NCBI GenBank assembly: GCA_951406725.2
Contig: OX597842.1
Location: 28,334,001 to 28,398,000 of the forward strand
Length of the DNA: 64,000 nt
From: Octopus vulgaris
Taxonomy: Eukaryota
Direction: 5' to 3'
Under the pieces are notes generated by a model. That model made no database searches. It was not told the origin of the DNA and saw only the letters and a program-made list of their open reading frames with translations. Made by a program: the position numbers and the translations under genes. Within the stretch, counting starts at the first letter, position 1; the number at the start of each line of letters is the position of its first letter. Shown here piece by piece: positions 49,848 through 62,700 of this stretch.

Positions 49848-50244
49848 GGTGGCTGCCCCCTCGTTATCGAGTATGGCCATTGTACGAAGCTTAATCAATG
49901 TTGTTATCATGCAATGCCTGTGCAAGAAGATTTTTTTTAAAGTGAGGAAAGTCTGTGCACTGAGTCAATCCCACTCACTAAGCAACAGCAGTCATAATCC
50001 GGAAAGAAGAACAATTCAACATCATCGGCAACCACTGAGCTGCAGGTTTTATGCTGGAGTTATCCCAGTTACCTGAGTTACCTTCGCCTAGAAGGATGCC
50101 CAAACAAAGGCTAGGAGTCCTTCACTCCCAATGGTTTAACCGCACGATCGGGTATTCAGTCCGATTATTTCTATGTTCCTGTGCATGATACAGCCTTAAG
50201 ACATTTATTGGAAGGCTGTTGACTCTCAAGAGTTCCTCCACCCT
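49848..50244 (-). mobile_element. Non-autonomous RTE-BovB-type derivative (5'-UTR-like part joined to the 3' tail)
   Basis: ccccctcgttatcgagtatggccattg tail identical to ~49346-49372; minus-strand ctaggcgaaggtaactc...aaaacc resembles RTE 5' UTRs. Confidence 0.5.
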
Positions 50245-50410
50245 TACATACATACATACATACATACATGTGTGTGTGTATATGTATATGAAGGCGCATG
50301 ACTCAATGGTTAGGGCAACAGGTTCACAATCAGGAGATAGTGAGTTTGATTCCCAGTCTGGGCTGTGTGTTGTATTCTTCAGCAAGACATTTTATTTCAT
50401 GTTGCACACT

Positions 50411-50445
<35 letters not shown>

Positions 50446-50591
50446 CTTTCTTTCTTCATCTTTCATATCTCTTTCTTTCACTCCAGCATCTTCTTTACTC
50501 TCTCTTTTCTTCTTTCTCTCTCTCTCTATTCTTCCCTCCTCTCTCTCTCTCCTTTGATATATTTTATATATCTTCTCTTTCTTCTCTTCAG

Positions 50592-50743
50592 GTCAACCAA
50601 ATAAACTCATACAGTCAAACCTTCTTAATGGCGGCTTGTGAACAGGGCAGCACAAGTCTAATAGCCTTCTTGATAGAATCTGGAGCCAATATAGACATGA
50701 GTGACAAAGGCAAGAATACAGCATTGCATTATGCTGTGGAAAG
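50592..50743 (+). CDS. Ankyrin-repeat gene, coding exon 2
   Basis: Polypyrimidine-CAG; VNQINSYSQTFLMAACEQG...GANIDMSDKGKNTALHYAVE; GTAAGG donor; phase 0 to 2. Confidence 0.9.
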
Positions 50744-51799
50744 GTAAGGCTTGAATTAATTAAAATCTTCAGATCTGCTTTTGTTTTGAAATTTTTTGCA
50801 ATTCCAGACTATTTGAATATCCAAAGATACCATAATAGTGGCAGTGTGACACGATAACAACATGATAGTAGTAACCAAATAACATCTTTTTCTCATTTTC
50901 TCCATGAATCCTCTTCATTGAATCACAAAAATCTTTTTCGTTATTTTTTGTCAAAACAGATATGATTAGTATGGTGCGTTACACTACCACCAGTGGCCAG
51001 GTTGTCACTCATCTGTCTCGCTTTATGACTATGAAGATGACTCGTGAGTCATCCTATACATACATACATATCATTATATATATAACAAAGTATGGAAATA
51101 TTCTTTGAGAGCCAACAGTTCTTAAGATTGACCCATTCTGATTCAGTGTCTTCTCTTCATATTGATTATGGGGAGATCGATCAATTTTTCTCCAAAGAAA
51201 ATGTTATTTGAGATCTAAAGCAACAAGAAAGATTCTCTAGCTTGTTTTGACAGTAAATAATCTGTAAATTTCTTACAGAAATTATTTCTCACCTCCATCT
51301 GCAACTCACTCAACACATTTTGAGATCTATTATATTTTGAATTGTGCTTCATAAGGTCATCTCTGGACAATAAAACATGTTTTGAAGTTCTTATTAGTTT
51401 CTATAGCTTCTGCAGTCACAAATTGTTCCAGAATTTTGCACAAACACACAAACACACACACACCATCATTGTCATTGAATGTTCCTTTTCCATGCTGGCA
51501 TGGGTAGGAGGGTTTGATAGGAACAGACAAGTCAGAAGACCACACCAAACACTACTGTCTGCTTAGGTTTGGTTTCTATGGCTGGACGACCTTCCTAACA
51601 CCAACCACTTTGCTGAGTGTACTGGATGCCTTTTACATGCCATCCGAACCAGTGAGGTCACCAGTTAATTGCGAGACAAAGACCTCTCGACTGGTTGAGG
51701 TGGTGAGGTGGGGGAGCTAATATTGCTGGAGAGAAAGGTGTCTTGCATTAGAAGAGGGACATGGCTCCTTCAGATGGAGAAGACAGAGGAGGGAAACAC

Positions 51800-52315
51800 T
51801 AGGTTAAAATCTAGTGTTTGGCCCAAGCAAAGAAAAAGGAAAAAAATAGTGCAATAGGTGTGAAACAACATGTAGTAAACGAATATGAAAAAAAAAATAT
51901 GGCGAACGGGAGGTGGGGAGACGACTCGGAAAATTCAAATCTCCCCACTTCCCCGTTCGTCGGCGAATTTTTTGTTCTTCATTTTCGTTTTTTACACATT
52001 ATTTTACACCCGGTACTCTACTTTTGTTCAAGTTTTGTGACAGGGCGGGTGGGTTGGGTGCAGACTCGGATGATTCACACGATCCGGTAACCCCACTCGA
52101 CAACCGGTCCCAAAAATGAAAACAAAAAGTGTAACAGGTGTAAAACAACATGTAGTTTTCGGATCCTGTGAGATTGATCGTGTGAATTTTCCGAGTCGTC
52201 TCCACCGCCCCTCGTTCGCCAACGTATTTTTTTTTTTTACATATTCGTTTTACATTTTATTTTACACCTATTGCACAATTTTTTTTGCTCGAGTCAAACA
52301 CTGGAGTTTAACTTA
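51800..52315. mobile_element. MITE-like element with ~135-bp imperfect TIRs
   Basis: taggttaaaatctagtgtttgg / tcaaacactggagtttaactta and gagacgactcggaaaattca / tgaattttccgagtcgtctc. Confidence 0.8.
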
Positions 52316-52316
52316 T

Positions 52317-52399
<83 letters not shown>

Positions 52400-53150
52400 T
52401 ACACACACACACACACATATATACACACACACATATATAATAAATATTTGTGTGTTTATATATTCATTTATGTGTGTTATATGACCGCCATACTTTACTG
52501 TTTCTTTTGGCGGTAAAAATACGCCTCGTTGCCCTTAACAACAAACTTTCTCTTGCATAGTCTGTTGCTATGACAACATTACATTTGCAGACGTAGTTTT
52601 CCCGCCAATTACGACGTGCTGCTGCTGTTGTTGTTGTTTTCTTAGATTGATGAGAAATCTGCTATCAATTAGTTTGTCTATAATTTTCAGACATTCCATC
52701 TTTCGCAAAAGGGTTACAATACATTTTTCAATGTATACCTAATATATAGATACTAACAACGGTACTTAATCCTTGTTTTGTATTGTACACTCGCTGGGAT
52801 AAAAATATTTATACTTTATACCCTCACCTATTAATATGTGTATACACAAACACGTACACATTTGTTTACTGTGTATTAACGATTATACGTATTTCAGTGG
52901 CTCATATTTCTCTGTCTGTCTGTCTCTCTATATACATACATATATATATATATACATACATACACATACATGCATATATATATATAAATATATATATACA
53001 TACACATATACACCTGTATAATATTTTTGACTTTGACATTATCGCAGAGTGGTCCCGGTTGCGCACACGCGGATTCGCGCGTGCGCGCTAGCCAGACGTA
53101 GGTACTCGATACTCGAGATCCTATAAATATATATATGCGTCCATATGTAT

Positions 53151-53842
53151 AGGCATACCTACACAACTGGGCCCCACGACGAATTTGTTTCCTTATAACT
53201 TTGAGACAAATTGATATTTTTTAATGAAATTTCTTTGACAAAAATGCTTCAGATGATGAAGATTCCAATTATATCGGAAATGGTTGTAAAAACAAAATTC
53301 ACCCAAATCCGTTTTGTTTTTCTATAACTTTCAGAAAAGTGGATATTTTGTTTCTGTGAAAATTTCTACAAATCCCTTTCAAATGGTGTAGATTAGGATT
53401 ATATCGGAATTTAACATGAAAAAACTTTAAAAATTTGATGGTTTCACACACATACATACTGACACACATCACGGTTATTTTCCCAAAATTCATCTTTTTA
53501 TTTTCTGGTTTGTGTCAGTGTATATCTGTGCGAATCCACCAATTTTTATAATTTTCTTCATATTAAATTCCGATATAATCGAAATCTTCACCATCTGAAA
53601 CGGTTTTATTGAAAATTTCATTTGAAAATATCTATTTTTTTGGAAAGAAAGCCGACTCGGGTGAACTTTCCTAAATTTCTCTCTCCACCCACCGAAAAGG
53701 TTTTTCTCACAACAAATTCCGATATAATTGGAATATTTGCCATCTGAAGGATATTTGTGAAAGAAATTTCATTGAAAAACATCCATTTTTCTAGAAGTTA
53801 CAAGGAAACATTCGTCTGGGGCACATTTGTGTAGGTTTGCCT
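53151..53842. mobile_element. MITE/foldback element with internal subrepeats
   Basis: aggcatacctacacaa / ttgtgtaggtttgcct termini; attatatcggaa twice on the left, ttccgatataat twice on the right. Confidence 0.8.
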
Positions 53843-53994
53843 CTACATACATACATATTTGCATATATATTTATATATATACACACGAGGCTGTAGTATA
53901 CATAGGTTTTTATGCATTTAATGGAACACGAGTGTATATTTAATGTAATTATTAAGTGAATGTGATGTTTTATGTTTGTTTTTCTTCCTTTCAG

Positions 53995-54151
53995 CCACAA
54001 AACTGATGCTGTGGCCTTCTTAGTCTCCAGTGGAGCAAATGTTAATAAGCAGGACTCAGAAGGCGACACACCTCTACATCGGGCTGTGGTGAATAAATAT
54101 GAAGATGTAGTCAAAGTCCTGTTAAATAGCAAAGAAAATAACAATTTACAG
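53995..54151 (+). CDS. Ankyrin-repeat gene, coding exon 3
   Basis: HKTDAVAFLVSSGANVNKQDSEGDTPLHRAV...; phase 2 to 0; GTCAGC donor. Confidence 0.9.
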
Positions 54152-54159
54152 GTCAGCGA

Positions 54160-54193
<34 letters not shown>

Positions 54194-54605
54194 ATAATGA
54201 TATGTATGTTGGTTTGTGTTATATGTATATGAAACAGTTTATATTTATGTTTTTAATTAAAAACTTTTCTTCAGCTCACACAGACCTGTACATACATACA
54301 CAAATATACACACACATAAACGCATATATACACAAAAATGCATAAACAAATGATCCGTGAAGATATAAAACACGTATGTATATATAGGTATTTATGTATC
54401 TATGTATGTGCGTGAGTGTATATATATATATGCATACACATATGTGTGTGTGTATAGATACATTATAAATCTCATTTATTTTCCCCTCACCTTCATTCCA
54501 CCTGTTTAAATTAATCTGATTCTTTTTTTCTGACATTTTTCATTTTTTTTCCTTCTTCCCCCAATAAACACCATCTTTAATGTCTTTATTGTTTATCTTT
54601 TTTAG

Positions 54606-54964
54606 GTTAATCTGCAAAATAATGAGGGTTGGACAGCTCTCCATCTTCCCTGTCTCTATAGACAAACAAACATTGTTGAACTTCTCCTGCAACAGAATGG
54701 CATCGATGTTAATGCTGTGACGGAAAATGGTTGGACAGCTCTCCATTTTGCCTGTCAGGGGGGACAAACAAACATTGTTGAACTTCTCCTGCAACACAAT
54801 GGCATCGATGTTAATGCTGTGACCAAGTATGGTTCCACCCCTCTTCATATTGCCTCTATTCATGAACACAAGGAAGTTATTGAACTTCTCCTGCAACAGA
54901 ATGGCATCGATGCCAATAAGGTGAACGAATTCGGTAACACCCCTCTACATTGGGCAGTTCAAAA
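54606..54964 (+). CDS. Ankyrin-repeat gene, coding exon 4 (3.5 repeats)
   Basis: GWTALHL, GWTALHFAC, GSTPLHIA, GNTPLHWAV; TAG acceptor, GTAAGT donor; phase 0 to 2. Confidence 0.92.
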
Positions 54965-55871
54965 GTAAGTCCCCAATGGATTTGGATTATCCAAATCTGT
55001 TTCTTTAATCTTTGTTTTCTTGTTTCGAGTCATTCATGTCATAATCCCACCATGGGTCGTCATGCTTCACCTCTCTCTCTCTCTCTCTCTCTCACACTCT
55101 AATGACACTGTAATCTAACTTCATTAATTAATCATCATAATTATTGTTGTTGTTGTTGTTGTTACCTGACTGGATTCTTTACTTCATCTCATCCTTCGTT
55201 ACCTCAACGTTACAGGTTCAAATCCTCTCCCTTCTTCCTTTCATTCCATGTAAAACACCTCACCCCCCCTCTCTTGAAATTATCCTCTTTCCTCTGGCCC
55301 TGGGCTAAATGCAGAATCATCCCCTTACTTTGATCCGTTTGTGTTCCAAGTTCAACTCCTGGGGTCAAAATCTGTACCAGTAATATCCAGGGGTTCATTT
55401 AATAAATTGTCCTCCCTCTTTACTCCTGTTCTTGTGTCTGATTACTGTTGGAAAATATTCAGATAAAATTTACAAGTGTTGATATCTGGACGGTTTCCTA
55501 GTCTTCTGATTGTTTACGGAATATGTGGTGTAATTTTTAATTATGTATCTTATGCAAATAACCTACATCTTCTTTACACTGGTTATGGTAAATCTGGGTT
55601 TTGAGTTTATACTCTTCTTATAAATTTTGTCTGAATATTTTCCAACCTTTGCCTTTTATTAACCCTTACGTCTTTCTACCCTTTTAGGCCCCTCTTTTTT
55701 GTATATTACTAATTACCCTTCCAACCCCTTTCGTTGTATTAACAATTAATATTATCTTAATTTTAATGATTCTTAATACTATTTTAGTTAACAGTATGTA
55801 TGTGTATGTATATATATACATATATGTGTGCGTGGTTGTTTTCGGGTATATGTATTTGTTTATATATATAT

Positions 55872-55919
<48 letters not shown>

Positions 55920-56156
55920 TTGTAAAAAAGAGGTTTGAAAACGCTACTATATTCGATAAATTTTAATTTTCTTATGAATTTTACATGTTTCGGTTCCTTT
56001 ACTTATTGTATCATATTACTCATTGATGTGCATTGTTTTGTTCTGTACTATTATGTTTGACCTTGATGTTCATATGTAGTTGGTTAATAAATTATGTGAT
56101 TGGGTATTATCTGGTAGTTGATTATTGATTAAGGTGTATTTCTCCATTTTCTTATT

Positions 56157-56159
56157 TTG

Positions 56160-56190
<31 letters not shown>

Positions 56191-56205
56191 GCATTTGTGT
56201 ATGTA

Positions 56206-56262
<57 letters not shown>

Positions 56263-57033
56263 GTATGTATGTATATATATATGTATGTATGTGTGTATGT
56301 ATGTATGTGTGTATGTATGTATGTATGTGTGTGTGTATTATGTTGTGTATTATGTATGTGTGTATGTATGTGTATATATATATATATATATATATGTATA
56401 TGTATGTATGTATATATATATATGTATGTATGTGTGTATGTATGTATGTGTGTATGTATGTATGTATGTGTGTATATATGTATGTATGTGTGTATATATA
56501 TATATATGTATGTATGTGTGTATATATATATATATATGTATGTATGTGTGTATATATATATATGTATGTATATATATATATGTATGTATGTATGTGTGTA
56601 TATATATATATATATGTATGTATTTGTGTATGTATGTATGTGTGTATATATATATGTATGTATGTATGTGTGTGTGTATATATATATGTATGTATGTGTG
56701 TGTGTGTATATATATATATGTATGTATGTATGTATGTGTGTATATATATAAAATATATATATATGTATGTATTTGTGTATATATATATGTATGTATGTGT
56801 GTATATATATATATATGTATGTATGTATGTGTGTATATATATATATGTATGTATATATATATATATGTATGTATGTATGTGTGTATAGATAGATATGTAT
56901 GTATGTATGTATGTGTGTATAGATAGATATGTATGTATGTATGTGTGTATAGATAGATATGTATGTATGTATGTGTGTGTATATATATATATATATGTAT
57001 GTATGTATGTGTGTGTGTATATATATATGTATG

Positions 57034-57076
<43 letters not shown>

Positions 57077-57083
57077 ATATATG

Positions 57084-57127
<44 letters not shown>

Positions 57128-57165
57128 CATACATACACACATGTATAATATGTATATGTGTGTAA
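56157..57165. repeat. ~1-kb (TATG)/(TA)/(TG) compound microsatellite (intronic)
   Basis: Direct reading. Confidence 0.95.
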
Positions 57166-57265
57166 GTAATTATTGATGTAATTAGGTTGTAATGACCCAA
57201 TTACATTTGTTTTAATTAATCTGATTACAATTATTTTTTTCCTTTCCTCTTTCTATAACTTTCAG

Positions 57266-57302
57266 TCAAGACTATGATGTGGTGGCTTCAATGCTGGCCC
57301 AG
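57266..57302 (+). CDS. Ankyrin-repeat gene, 37-nt coding exon 5 (N-QDYDVVASMLAQ)
   Basis: Polypyrimidine-CAG, GTTAGT donor; phase 2 to 0 exactly bridges exons 4 and 6 and supplies the missing second helix. Confidence 0.8.
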
Positions 57303-58104
57303 GTTAGTTAACAAATACATAATTATATCCTGTCTTTAATATTCAATATTAATATCATGAAAATACCAGTGAAATTCTGGTGGGTAGGTTTAATCAACTT
57401 CACTGCAGCAGCCTTTAAGCGGCAGGTCTTGGGTCTGTGAAGAATAATTATATTGGTGATAACAATGATGACAGTAGTAGTGGCGTTGACAGTCCAACTG
57501 ACCACCACTGCTGACAGTACTATCTTCAATGGTCAGACAAAACAAGGTCATTATGAATTCAACCCATATATATCAGATTATATATACTATCATCATCATC
57601 ATCATCTTTTAATATCGCTCTGTCATGTTGTATGTGTGTGTGATATGTTATATATGTACATTGTTGGTGTCAACATTTTATCTTGTGTCCAATAATTTAT
57701 TTGGCTACTTTTTCCCCTCTGTACATATGTATAAATATCTATGTATGTATATATATATATGTATGTATATGTTTATGTACACACAGAGTTATTCGTACCA
57801 GACACATTGCATGCTGAGATTATGCAGCAGAGAAAAGTTAAAAAGTCCTTGTCCCCAGCAACAAAGCTAAATGAGGGTACGCTGCACTCAGTCCCTATTG
57901 CTTCGTTAATCCATTACCATCAATACATGATGAATCAACTTCCCTTCTCCTCTCCCTACCTAACTCAACGGATTAACTACCCTTACTGTATTTGTCTACC
58001 TAACTTATTTACCTGTATTTGTATTAACATTGCATTGCATGAATGCCAGGATGCGGCACCCTCCACTGCTGGTGGTGACAATACCTGATTAACTCCTATT
58101 TACA

Positions 58105-59190
58105 GGTGTCCATAAACAACCTTTTCAGATGCTGATAGCTGCAGTCATTGTAGGCACAGCAACAATCATCTCGTCCTATGCGCTCCTCCCCACACACACA
58201 CACACAACTGGGTCTGCCAAATCAACTGAAGGGCTACTTCTATGACACTCTTCTGCTGGCCACTTCAAAGATAAATGACTGTGACCTTATCTTCGTGGCC
58301 AGTGATTTCAATGGATATGTTGGGCAGCACCGAGGTATCTTCCATGGGGGACGCAGATTTGGTTCCTGAAATGAGGGGAGTGCAAGGCTACTGGAGTTCT
58401 GTGGTGCAAATGACCAAATAATCACAACACTTGCTTCAGAAAGCTGGCCAGCCACTTGATAACCTATAAATCCAAGGTACATGCTCACCAAACTGACTAC
58501 ATTCTCACCCAAAAGCAGGATTCATGGCTGCTCATAAATGCAAAGGCCTTCAATAGAGAAGAATGTAGCCCACAGCATAGGTTACTCATTAGGGAGTTCA
58601 AGCTACTGGCTTGAAGGATTCCAAGAAGCAAGCCAGTTTGGAAAGGAAGAGTATGGAAGCTGAAGGAACCTTCAATTAGTCAGAAATTTAGTGATGTCCT
58701 AAATGAAGCATATAATGGGAAGGAGGAGGAATTTCAGACTTGCAGCATTGAGGATAAGTGGAAGTTCCAATGGGACAACTTGCTGAGAATTTCAGACCAA
58801 ATTTGTGGCTGGTGCAATATCCCAGCCAGGCATAGGGTGATGTGGTGGTGGAAAAGGGTAATTGACAGGGACAAGGATGGGAAGGGTGGTGGCAGCTGGG
58901 AGTTGTATCTGGCAGTTAGAAAGGAAGCTAGGAAGCAGGTATACTCAGCCATGAGTGAAGCAGAAAGGAAGAAGTTTGCCAATGTCTTGCAATGTGAGGA
59001 GCAGAGATTTGAAGTGTTTTGGCTTACCAAGGAAAATTGTGATGTTGTGGGAGAGAAGTGTGTTCACATGGATGATGGCTCCGTTGCAGTTAGTGACTCT
59101 GCAAAGAAATAGGCTTGGAAGTGCCACTATGAAAGGCTCCTAAATGTAGAGAACGCGTGAGAGAAGGAGAGGCTGTCTAAAGTGGATCCA
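58105..59190 (+). mobile_element. Old degenerate RTE fragment (APE and linker)
   Basis: IFVASDFNGYVG and ELYLAVRKEARKQVY...DVVGEKCV pieces with stops. Confidence 0.8.
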
Positions 59191-59891
59191 AGAGATCTGT
59201 TTGTTTTTTTTAGTTGTTCGAAGAAAAGTTCATTTCTATGTTTTCGTTTCTCATTGTGTTCGTTTTTTTATGTCTTGTACCCATATATGCATGTATATAT
59301 ATACATATATATATATGTAGGTATGTACATATATTTATGTAAATATGCATATATTTATATATTATATATATATATATATTCAGTGGCAATTTTGATTGTT
59401 ATATGAATGTGTGTGTGTGTGTATATATATATGTGTGTGTGTGTACATGTTACATCCATAACGTTAATATCTTTATGCATCTGTATGTACAGTGATGTAA
59501 GGATGTGGACACTAACCAACTCCCCCGTTTTATGGATCCCTTATTAACATAGCAACATGAAAGGCTTACATTAAGTATATAATTCGTCTTTACTAGACTT
59601 GATCTGCTAATTATATTTTCACTCTTGTTCTAGTCCCCTAAAACATACTATATAGTGAGGGATAAATGAAGATGAGGCTGAAACAATCTGTTTATGACAT
59701 CTTAATAGATTTATCATGTCCCTAACAAATATCCATAGCGTGTTATAGAGGGACCTTACAGAAGGTTGACTACACTAACAAACATCAAATGTACATGATC
59801 AGGTTGATCAAGTACCCAGTAGAAGACAGCAATGTCACATCCACCCTAATTTTCATGTACATTTTCAATTTCTATTTTTACTTCCACAAAG

Positions 59892-60101
59892 GATTCAGTG
59901 AAACTGGATATTGCGAACAATGATAAAAGAACACCCTTACTGGAAGCCGTGTCTGCAATCCACATCGGAATAGTCCACAAACTAATCACGTGCGGTGCAA
60001 ATATGAATGCCATCGACAAGGATGGCAATAATTGTTTGCATATTGCAGCAGAGAAAGAGGAATTTTGTTCTGAGAAGGAACATATTACCATTTTAGATGA
60101 G
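59892..60101 (+). CDS. Ankyrin-repeat gene, coding exon 6
   Basis: DSVKLDIANNDKRTPLLEAV...DKDGNNCLHIAA...ILDE; GTAAGT donor; phase 0 to 0. Confidence 0.9.
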
Positions 60102-61870
60102 GTAAGTTTTTTAAATTGATTGTGAATGTGTGTGTGTGGTTGGCATTAGATAGGGCATCCAACCACAGAAACCATGCCAAAACTGGCAATTGGACCCTGA
60201 GCTGCTCTGCAGTTGGCCAGCCCTTGCTGAACCATTGAACCCACACCAGCATGGAAAATGGACATTAAATGATGATGAGGAGGATGAGTAGAAGTGTGAG
60301 CTTGTGTGTGTGTAAGATAAAGAGAGAGAAATAGAGAAACGGGCAGACATTGCTTGCCATGTCTATTCACTCCCATCCACCTCTCTTCCATTAGTATTAA
60401 GTAATCCAGTCAATCCAGATAACCCTAGTTATATTATGTAACTAACTATATTCCATCTCCTTTCACCCTCGAAGGCATGCTCTCTCCACTGTAAAGGAGG
60501 TAACCCATCTTGTTGGCTATATAAACACAGCCATCACAGTGTGAAGGAAAGGTGACCAATGACAAAGAGGAGACATTCCCAAATAACAATAAAACAGGGA
60601 GGAGGAGAGGTCTGTGTGACATGATAGACGATAACCTTTATAATGCTGGTGCCATGATAAATGCATCCAGACCATTCTGGGAAGAATTCTTCCCGAAACG
60701 ACTCTTTATCACACATCTTGCACACAATGTGTATCCACTGGTTTCCTGTAGACATGTCATCACAATGTTGAATGTTAGAACACTAGAGAATGGATACAAT
60801 GAACGAAGGTCCTTGGTGTGTTTTCCTGTATGTAGGTTGTGTATGTTCAACTACATATTTATCTGTCTCTCTCTCGCTCTCTTTCTGTATATATATATAT
60901 AGATATATATATATATATATATATCTAAACAAATGCATCAACATGTATCCATAGGGAGATCTGATGGTATATATTGTCTACTGTTTCAGAATTCAACCGA
61001 CTCTTTGATTCCCGTATAAATAAAGGTCACTACTGATGTGTGACTCTATTTCAGACATTTGATGATCATATGTAAATTGTAGTAATGTCTACTTTGGTGA
61101 GAAGAAGCCACTCTTGCAGTCAGCTACCCACCCAACTGGAATTGTCTAACAGTTTGAGCAGTTTATTAACTATAATGTGTTGGTGTGCTGCCTCAACTGT
61201 AACACTAATTCTTACTTCCTTTACTTCACCTTCATTATCCAAAGAAGTTTCTTTATTAATTATGGAAACGTTGTTCTTTTTGGATATGTCTGTGTGGTGT
61301 TGCTTTTGTTGTTGTGTCTGTTCTAAGTATTCTCAGTTCTCATGTAACTTGTTTGCTGTCATGTTGTTGTGTTATATTTATATATACAATACTCCTCCAT
61401 ATTTCTTGTGTGATGGCCATTTATGGATTCACCAAGCTAGTTGAATAGATAGTTTGTTGTGTTCTAATATTTGTGATGTTTGTTCCATTATATTCCATAT
61501 ATTTGACTTGATGCTATGATTTGGTTTTAAATTGTTTTTTATTGAATATCTTGTGATATTTGTGATTGGCAAATGATTATTTACACATTAATTACCAATA
61601 AACTTGATGTTAATCAGTAATGTTTGTTCTGTTTAATATAATGACCATATATATAAAATATGTCATAATGTTGAGAATAGACTAAAAACAAATGAAAATG
61701 GGAAATGGATTCAATTAGAGATGATGTCGGAACTTAATATTGTGCAATCAGTTTAAGCGCTGGAGATACAAACTATTTGTATACGTAGTTGAACTGTTGT
61801 GTAATTTGGGTATCTACGAAGTATATTTGCGAAATATTGTTATCATCATTTTATACTTTGTCATTTGTAG

Positions 61871-62049
61871 TGCTGTGCTAAGCTTGGGTTGCCGATCGAA
61901 AAGAGGCTCTCTGGTGTAGGAGTCGCTGGCTATCTAGCCCACCAGGGGGCCAACTTGTACAGGAAAAATAATAAGAATGTATCTCCATTGGACCTCATTG
62001 GGGATGCAGATTTGAAAGAAAAATTTAAAAAATTATTACTGCCACAAAA
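61871..62049 (+). CDS. Ankyrin-repeat gene, coding exon 7 (gene continues downstream)
   Basis: CCAKLG...VAGYLAHQGANLYRKNNKNVSPLDLIGDADLKEK; TAG acceptor, GTAAGT donor; resembles the last ankyrin repeat of Mind-bomb proteins. Confidence 0.85.
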
Positions 62050-62444
62050 GTAAGTATTCGTTGGCAGTGACAGTTTATTTTCTATTTTGTATATAATCAT
62101 GTTTATGTTTGTTTAATTTTCATTCTACCAATACATTATACTGCCATAGTGTCTTGATCAAAGGCCACACAACAATAGTATGAAGAACAATAAACAAAAT
62201 GCAGTTGTTATGTGATCCAATGAAGAGCACTGTTTGGGTTGGTAGTTGTACCTCACTGTCTACCACCACCCATCTACCTTTCTTAAAGTGAATGAACAGA
62301 TTTTGAAGTTGTTACATAAAAACAAATGGAATTTATCTGTCTACCAACATGTTCTCTCTCTTCTCTGTTCCAATCAGTTCATTATTATGAAAGGTTTCGT
62401 AAGAAAATAAACTACACACCCAAACAGTGTGTGTATATATATCA

Positions 62445-62700
62445 TCAACATCATTATCATCATTGCTTAACGTCCGTTTCCATCCTGGCATGAGTTGGAT
62501 GGTTTGAAAGGGAGCCCGCCAGAAGTCTACACCAAACTTCTGTCTGTTTTGGCATGCCCAGCAGAGTGGACTGAGTAACACCAGCGCAGGCAAGGCCAGT
62601 TTTGGAATGGTTTTTACAGCTGGATGTCCTTCCAAATGCCAGCCACTTTACAGTGTGGACTGGATGCTTTTTATGTGGCCCCAGCACTGGCAGGGTCACC
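62445..62700 (-). mobile_element. Diverged RTE 3' tail
   Basis: (CAT)n-like start, gctggatgtccttccaaatgcc. Confidence 0.7.

Noticed and set aside
55200-55760. Possible Penelope coding remnants (also 61050-61560 and 63000-64000)
   Set aside because: No motif could be read with confidence; needs a translated HMM search
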